A stretch of DNA of 64,000 nucleotides from Nibricoccus sp. GTDB lineage: Bacteria; Verrucomicrobiota; Verrucomicrobiia; Opitutales; Opitutaceae. The translations under genes and the position numbers were made by a program. Within the stretch, counting starts at the first letter, position 1; each line of letters begins with the position of its first letter. A model generated the notes under the pieces. The model saw only the letters and a program-made list of their open reading frames with translations, ran no database searches and had not been told where the DNA came from. Location: positions 2,816,001 to 2,880,000 of the forward strand of contig JASGHG010000001.1 of the NCBI GenBank assembly GCA_047602425.1, in the 5' to 3' direction. Shown piece by piece: positions 58,277-64,000 of the stretch.

Positions 58277-59161
58277 TTATTGGGAGCGCAGACCATTAAT
58301 CGTTTGTGTGGCCAATATATTAATGCTTCCGTTTCTTGGGATCTCTTTATGAATTAAGTGATCGGGGTCGGTGGAGAGTAGTTTATTATCGGCTAATTTT
58401 AAAAAGGAATAGTTGGCTTCAGTCAGAATAGAAATCAGTGCACGGAACCCTTGTGCGGAATTTGCATAACAATAGGGAGCTAGCTCCATGAATATATTGG
58501 GCTTATGGCGACCAAGACATTTGCTGGCTCCTTGAAGAACACTGAGTTCGTGCCCATCGACATCCAGCTTGATCCAGTGTATTTGGGGTATGGCCAAGTG
58601 GTTGAGAAGGGTGTCCAGGCTTTGCGTTTGTGCCCCTTCGGTTGAACGTAGGGCACCGCACAAAACGGCCTGCGTGGGCTCGGAGCCGGCGATAGGCCAG
58701 CTGGACGGGATGGCGTTTTCTTTTGGCGCGTCGTCCGTGGCGGTTAGGTGCGCCTGAATGGCGGTTGTCTGTGGTTGTAATCCGGGATTCAGGGAGAGAT
58801 TCTTTTGTAGTTTACGATAAGCGTAATCGGTAGCCTCGATGGCGATTACACGGCCCAATGGTCCAACGTGTTTGGCGAGGGGCAACGTGTGTGCGCCAAT
58901 GTTGGCACCGATATCCAATACGGTTGCTCCCGGAGGAATTAGGCTGCGATAGCTCCGAGCCAAGTCCCGTTCAAAGGTGCCGAGAAGATAAATGGCAAAA
59001 TCGATTCCTTCGTTGAGATCCAGTGCCCATCGAATGCCATTTCTTGTGAATTCTCCATGCATCGGACGTCTTATGACGGCGCGGCCCAGTTTGACGCAAC
59101 GGTTGAGAAAGCGTGCGATGGTAATTTTCTGACGAGTTGAAAGGCGGGCAGCTAAGGACAT
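58277..59161 (-). CDS. FkbM family methyltransferase
   Basis: VLDIGANIGAH, AIEAT, SLD, IKLDVDGHELSVLQGA. Confidence 0.9.
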   Translation of the reverse strand: MSLAARLSTRQKITIARFLNRCVKLGRAVIRRPMHGEFTRNGIRWALDLNEGIDFAIYLLGTFERDLARSYRSLIPPGATVLDIGANIGAHTLPLAKHVGPLGRVIAIEATDYAYRKLQKNLSLNPGLQPQTTAIQAHLTATDDAPKENAIPSSWPIAGSEPTQAVLCGALRSTEGAQTQSLDTLLNHLAIPQIHWIKLDVDGHELSVLQGASKCLGRHKPNIFMELAPYCYANSAQGFRALISILTEANYSFLKLADNKLLSTDPDHLIHKEIPRNGSINILATQTINGLRSQ

Positions 59162-59246
59162 GGCGTTTTTCTCAGGGCTTTTGGGTTACGCGATTGCAGC
59201 GTGGCATTTTTGATTGGTCAACAAGGCAAGGGGCTTTCAGGATCGC

Positions 59247-60686
59247 ATGTTTCAAATCATGCCCCAATTTGCATCGCTTTTAGAGTATTTTAACTGGGTG
59301 GCCAAAAACGACGAGAAAGCCCGGCGCATTCAAGGTGCATTTCATTCGCAGTTGCTGGAATGGCATCGGAAGAAAGTGCCTTCCGGGGCAAAAGTGCTGG
59401 AGTGGGGGTGTGGAGCGGGCGATTTGCTGGCGGGACTCGCTCCTGCACGCGGCATCGGGTTGGATATGAGCGACGACATGATTGCAAAGGCGCAGAAGCG
59501 GCATGCTGACAAAACAGCTCTTTTGTTTCGCACGGGCGACGTGCAACGCGACGTCGTAGAAGAGAAGTTCGACTACATCGTTTTCAGTTATGTTTCAGGC
59601 TATCTAACCGACATCGAGCGGGCATTGGCCAACTTGCGTCCGGCGAGTCATGGACGCACGCGCCTTGTGCTGACGTCGTTGAATAATTTTTGGCTTTGGC
59701 CGTTGGTTTGGGCACAGAAACTGGGTTTGGTGACGCCGCAGCCATTGAGCAATTGGTTATCGACGCAGGATCTTGTCAACCTGCTAGAATTGGCTGGATG
59801 GGAGGTAATCGAGAAAGGATCGCAGCAGTTGCTCCCGTTTCATATCCCGCTCGTCACACCTTTTATCAACAAGTTCATTGGTCGCCTGCCAGGAGTCAGA
59901 TTATTCGGCATCACGCTGACTTTTGTAGCGAGGCCGGCGCGGAGGGAACCGGATCTAGATGGTGAAATATCTTGCTCTGTCGTGGTACCGGCCCGCAACG
60001 AAGCTGGCAATATTCGTGCTGCGATTGAACGTATACCGGTGCTGGGCAAACGGACCGAGATCATTTTTGTCGAAGGTGGCAGCTCGGATGGCACTTGGGA
60101 AGCAATTCAACAGGAGATCGCAAATTACACAGGACCGCATCAGCTGCGCGCAGTAAAGCAACCGGGGCGGGGTAAGTGGGATGCGGTGCGCGCGGGTTTC
60201 GCGATGGCGACGGGAGATATACTGGTGATCCAAGACGCCGATTTGACAGCGCCGCCCGAGGACCTGCCGAAGTTTTACGATGCAATTGCGAACGGAATCG
60301 CGGAATTTTGCAACGGCAGCAGGCTGGTTTATCCGATGGAGAAGCAAGCGATGCGTTTTCTGAATTTCCTAGGTAACAAATTTTTCGCGCTATCTCTGAG
60401 CTATGTGCTTGGGCAGCCAATCAAGGACAGTTTGTGCGGAACCAAGATGCTTTTACGCAAGGACTATGAGCGCGTTCTCGCACGCATAAAGCCGTTTGGA
60501 GATTTTGATCCGTTCGGTGATTTTAATCTTCTTTTCGGAGCATCATTGTTGAATTTGCGCATCCGTGATATTCCTGTGCGCTATAAAGATCGGACTTACG
60601 GTGAAACTAATATCTCGCGATTTAAGCATGGTTGGCTACTTTTGAAGATGACGGCTTTTGGTTTATTCAATCTGCGATGGGACTAG
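59247..60686 (+). CDS. Bifunctional class I SAM methyltransferase / GT2 (polyprenyl-phosphate sugar synthase-like)
   Basis: VLEWGCGAG; SVVVPARNE, VEGGSSDGT, GKWDAV, IQDADL, DSLCGTK; start uncertain (59214-59259). Confidence 0.85.
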   Translation: MFQIMPQFASLLEYFNWVAKNDEKARRIQGAFHSQLLEWHRKKVPSGAKVLEWGCGAGDLLAGLAPARGIGLDMSDDMIAKAQKRHADKTALLFRTGDVQRDVVEEKFDYIVFSYVSGYLTDIERALANLRPASHGRTRLVLTSLNNFWLWPLVWAQKLGLVTPQPLSNWLSTQDLVNLLELAGWEVIEKGSQQLLPFHIPLVTPFINKFIGRLPGVRLFGITLTFVARPARREPDLDGEISCSVVVPARNEAGNIRAAIERIPVLGKRTEIIFVEGGSSDGTWEAIQQEIANYTGPHQLRAVKQPGRGKWDAVRAGFAMATGDILVIQDADLTAPPEDLPKFYDAIANGIAEFCNGSRLVYPMEKQAMRFLNFLGNKFFALSLSYVLGQPIKDSLCGTKMLLRKDYERVLARIKPFGDFDPFGDFNLLFGASLLNLRIRDIPVRYKDRTYGETNISRFKHGWLLLKMTAFGLFNLRWD

Positions 60687-61997
60687 CAGGCTGCTGAAAA
60701 ACTCCGTGAAACAAACATTAGCGATAGGCGTCAGTTAATGGCATGAGAGGAAAACGTAAGACCCAGGGGGATTTCGTGAGTTTGATCGATGTGGAGCAGC
60801 TGATTGCGGGGGACCATCCGATCCGTGCGATCAAGGGCATGTGCGACGAAGTGCTGGCGGCGATGAGCGGGCACTTTGACGAGATCTATGCCGAAGGAGG
60901 AGCGCCCTCGGTGCCGCCGGAGATGCTGCTCAAAGGCAAAGTGCTGCAAGCGCTCTACACCGTACGCTCGGACCGCCAACTGTGCGCCAGGCTCCAGACC
61001 GACCTGTTGTTCCGCTGGTTTGTGGATCTGCCGCTGGACGAAACGGTCTTCGACGCCTCGGTCTACAGCAAAAACCAGGAACGGCTCCTGCAACACGAAG
61101 TGGCCGATCTGTTCTTTAGCGAAGTGGTGGCCCTGGCCCGCCGGCACGGCTGGGTCAGCGACGATCACTTCAGTGTGGACGGCACGCTAATCGAATCGTG
61201 GGCCTCGCTCAAAAGTTTCAAACGCAAAGACCAGCCCCCAGGCCCCGGCGGCGGGAACAACTGGACCGATTACAAAGGCGAAAAACGCTCCAACGACACG
61301 CACGCTTCCACTACCGACCCCGAGGCGAAACTGGTGCGCAAAGGCCCTGGAAAAGAAGCGCGCCTAAGCTTCGCCGGCCACGCCACAATGGAGAACCGCC
61401 ACGGCCTGTGCGTACTGTTCGAAGTGCATCCGGCCGTCGGCGCCTCCGAATCGAGTGTGGCCGTCGAGCAAATGATCGAACTGCAAAACCGAGGCTTTGC
61501 ACCAAAAACGGTGGGAGCCGACAAAGGCTACCACGACCAGAACTTCATCGAAGGCCTGCGTGCTCAAAAGATAAAGCCGCACCCCGCGCTGCGCAAAGAC
61601 CGCGACGCTCAGGGCGTGATCTGCAAACTCGCTTACGCCCTCAGTCAGAAATGCCGCAAACGCATCGAGGAAATCTTCGGCTGGGCCAAAACCACTGGCT
61701 GCTTCCGGAAAAGCCGGTACCGCGGCGTCGACCGAACCCACGCCCAAGGCCAATACGTGGTGGCCGCCTGCAACCTCGTGCGCATGGCCAAACTGATGCT
61801 CACCGCGCCGCCAAAACTCGCTGGGGCGTGACGCCCCCCGCGGCCGCAGTGTGCCCGTACACTGCGAACCAGCCGCCAAACGCAAGCGGGCCGCGCCCAA
61901 AACGGCGCGAAAAACCCAGTGCACCGCCTGCGTTTATATCAAAAACGCTCAAAATCAGCCTTCCTCCTCTCAAAACACCCCGTTCTTCAGCAGCCTG
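60687..61997 (+). mobile_element. IS5-family insertion sequence, 1311 bp, CTAG target duplication
   Basis: IRs CAGGCTGCTGAAAAAC / GTTCTTCAGCAGCCTG; CTAG at 60683-60686 and 61998-62001. Confidence 0.93.
60743..61831 (+). CDS. IS5-family DDE transposase
   Basis: SVPPE, SVDGTLI, TDPEA, ADKGY, RKRIEEIFGWAK, NLVRM. Confidence 0.93.
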   Translation: MRGKRKTQGDFVSLIDVEQLIAGDHPIRAIKGMCDEVLAAMSGHFDEIYAEGGAPSVPPEMLLKGKVLQALYTVRSDRQLCARLQTDLLFRWFVDLPLDETVFDASVYSKNQERLLQHEVADLFFSEVVALARRHGWVSDDHFSVDGTLIESWASLKSFKRKDQPPGPGGGNNWTDYKGEKRSNDTHASTTDPEAKLVRKGPGKEARLSFAGHATMENRHGLCVLFEVHPAVGASESSVAVEQMIELQNRGFAPKTVGADKGYHDQNFIEGLRAQKIKPHPALRKDRDAQGVICKLAYALSQKCRKRIEEIFGWAKTTGCFRKSRYRGVDRTHAQGQYVVAACNLVRMAKLMLTAPPKLAGA

Positions 61998-62061
61998 CTA
62001 GGTTGGATTCTTCGGGGTCAAAGTCGCCACCTCTACAATTCTAATTGTTAAGGAACCTAAT

Positions 62062-64000
62062 CTAATGTTGAGGTGGCTCGCTTTTCGGGAAAATGCATCC
62101 AACGAAGAGATATATGGGTATCGCCAAAAGGAACAATGCTGTGATGCCCCACGTCATTGAAAAGGCGACGCTTAGTATGGGCGCCAATACCGAAAAAATT
62201 CCATTTATACCCCACCCCCAAGGAACATACTCGGGCGCCTTACCTTTCAACTGATCGACAGCAGTCGGTAAGAATACTCCTAGCAGCAATCCCAAGGGAA
62301 ATACCAAGGTAATCACCACCAATGCTCGTGCAGCGAATCCGTTAAAGGTGAGAAAGCGCAATGAGGGAAAGGCAATCAAGCATTCCGCCACGACGGAGAT
62401 ACAGAAGGTATAGCTTAATATTCTGATGCCTCCCAATCTTCTAATCAGGTATTTTGACGTCAGTGACCCCAATCCCGTCGCAAAGAGCAGCGCGGCTAGC
62501 ACCACTGAGAGCGCATAGTTCGGATGGCCCAGATAGAGACCAAATTTCTGCAAAAGGGCGACTTCAACCGCCAAATAACCAATGGCTGTCGATGCGAAAA
62601 TGAGGGCGTATTGTCTCGGTGCCGGAACTTTTGCCACTCGGCTCAACCCTTTGAGCGGCCACCATACGCAGAACAAAGCGACGATTCCCACTAGAATTAA
62701 CATCAGTATAAGGGTTATTTCCATCACAGGCACGATGCGATGCTGAAGGTCAGGCCATTCCGCCCAACGTGTGAATTTAAACAATCCTGGAAGGTGGTTC
62801 CATCGGGAGAAATTAAAGAAAAAAGGCCTGTCGTCGGTTGCTGGCGAAATAACGAACGGAGTTTCGTCGAAGAATCTCGCTTCTTTTCCGGAAACCCACT
62901 GTTCCAAAAAATATCGATAAGTATTTTTTGCTTTATATGTCAGATACGGTGCAACAGCCAACGTGAGGTATTTGTTACCGCCCACCCATTGGGACAGTTT
63001 TTTTATCTCCTGCGGTGAGAATGGATTCTTTTTAATTAACAGTGCCATAAAAGCCCCGTTGCTCTGGGCGACCATAACGAGGTGATTGGTGGGATCTTGC
63101 ACGCCTATATTACGCAGCGCCTTGGCTGCAGTTGTCATGACCCTGAGCATTTCGCGTGGAGGATAATGCTCCATACGCATGATATTGATGATTCCATCAT
63201 TTGTCAATTTTGATAAATATAGATCCAGTGCTTCTGTGGTATATAGATAGCTTTCAGAAAATACATGGGCAGCCCCCGGCGTACCGCTGTAGGAATCTAC
63301 TCCGGAGAGCTGTATAATGTCGAATTGATCTGAAGACGATGCGAGATAGTGTCTGCCGTCGTCGTAGACCAAATGTACTCGCGGGTCAGTCGTCCAATGC
63401 CGGAAGTAGTCGAAGAACTGCTTCTGCAGTATATTTAGAGTGGCCTTATTTACTTCAATGCCGGTGATGTCACGCGCGTTGAAATTTATGGCGGTCAACA
63501 CATCGAACCCTCCTCCAACGCCTATGATCGCAGTTTTCGGATTGGAAAGAGTGCTGGCAACGTAGGCGGAAGAATAAATCGTTTCCTGAATGCCATTAAG
63601 TGATTCAGGAGTTCCATCGTATGCGACTGCATAGGTGAAGGCAAAGTTGTTTTGGGTAAGCATCCGTTTGTATCGTCTGAGGAATGCTTCGTTCGTGCCG
63701 ATCAAGGAAGGAAACGAGACTGTGGTAGGGCTTGGAGCCGGAATGCTTGATACTTCAATTCGGGCCACTGGATCCCATTGGGTATAATCGATGGAGAAAC
63801 CGAGCGGTGCTTTGGAAAACACAGCTAGTTCTGTTCCTTCCGGATATCGAAACGTATAAAGCCGTTTTGCGTACACAAAAGAAGCAACAATTGCTACGGT
63901 TGTTGCGGCAGAAAGAATATAGATTTTTTTTTGCCGAGGGGGAAAGGTTAGTGCACAAACTAGGAGTAACGCGGCGCAAGTCACCAACATTACATTTTCG
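62062..64000 (-). CDS. Membrane protein with central spermidine-synthase-like SAM-fold domain (5' truncated)
   Basis: IIGVGGGFD, GIEVN, DDGRHYL, FDIIQL, ESYLYT, ATDDRPFF, WGWGINGIFSV; flanking TM blocks. Confidence 0.85.
   Translation of the reverse strand, partial: ENVMLVTCAALLLVCALTFPPRQKKIYILSAATTVAIVASFVYAKRLYTFRYPEGTELAVFSKAPLGFSIDYTQWDPVARIEVSSIPAPSPTTVSFPSLIGTNEAFLRRYKRMLTQNNFAFTYAVAYDGTPESLNGIQETIYSSAYVASTLSNPKTAIIGVGGGFDVLTAINFNARDITGIEVNKATLNILQKQFFDYFRHWTTDPRVHLVYDDGRHYLASSSDQFDIIQLSGVDSYSGTPGAAHVFSESYLYTTEALDLYLSKLTNDGIINIMRMEHYPPREMLRVMTTAAKALRNIGVQDPTNHLVMVAQSNGAFMALLIKKNPFSPQEIKKLSQWVGGNKYLTLAVAPYLTYKAKNTYRYFLEQWVSGKEARFFDETPFVISPATDDRPFFFNFSRWNHLPGLFKFTRWAEWPDLQHRIVPVMEITLILMLILVGIVALFCVWWPLKGLSRVAKVPAPRQYALIFASTAIGYLAVEVALLQKFGLYLGHPNYALSVVLAALLFATGLGSLTSKYLIRRLGGIRILSYTFCISVVAECLIAFPSLRFLTFNGFAARALVVITLVFPLGLLLGVFLPTAVDQLKGKAPEYVPWGWGINGIFSVLAPILSVAFSMTWGITALFLLAIPIYLFVGCIFPKSEPPQH

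Overview
GC-rich bacterial chromosome window, most likely Verrucomicrobiota/Opitutales (inferred from a VPDSG-CTERM protein and gene style). Housekeeping genes: carB, aroC, rsmD, rsmE, nadD, rsfS, tRNA-Gly(TCC), tRNA-Leu(TAA). Envelope and transport: an MlaEFD-like MCE operon led by an uncharacterised [LF]-W-P-repeat protein, a TetR/HlyD/ABC efflux operon, a secretin-GspE-GspF cluster, and a separate pilC beside an atypical sigma54-activator-like regulator. Carbohydrate use: uxuAB, eda, CE12, a GH35-GH43 fusion, GH42 and GH51. A nickel-pincer cofactor locus (larE-larC-larB, no larA) sits divergent from a NikMN/Q/O transporter. The right end is a visibly lower-GC island with a type IV pilin, a GT-C-like glycosyltransferase, methyltransferases, spermidine-synthase-like membrane proteins and an intact IS5-family element. 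Intergenic DNA carries several small repeat families (REP/REPIN-like, 9-nt-period and 7-nt-period elements, a MITE candidate). The best candidates for undescribed systems are the MCE + WP-repeat operon, the pilin modification island and the larA-less lar/Ni locus. All assignments come from motif reading only; no searches were run.
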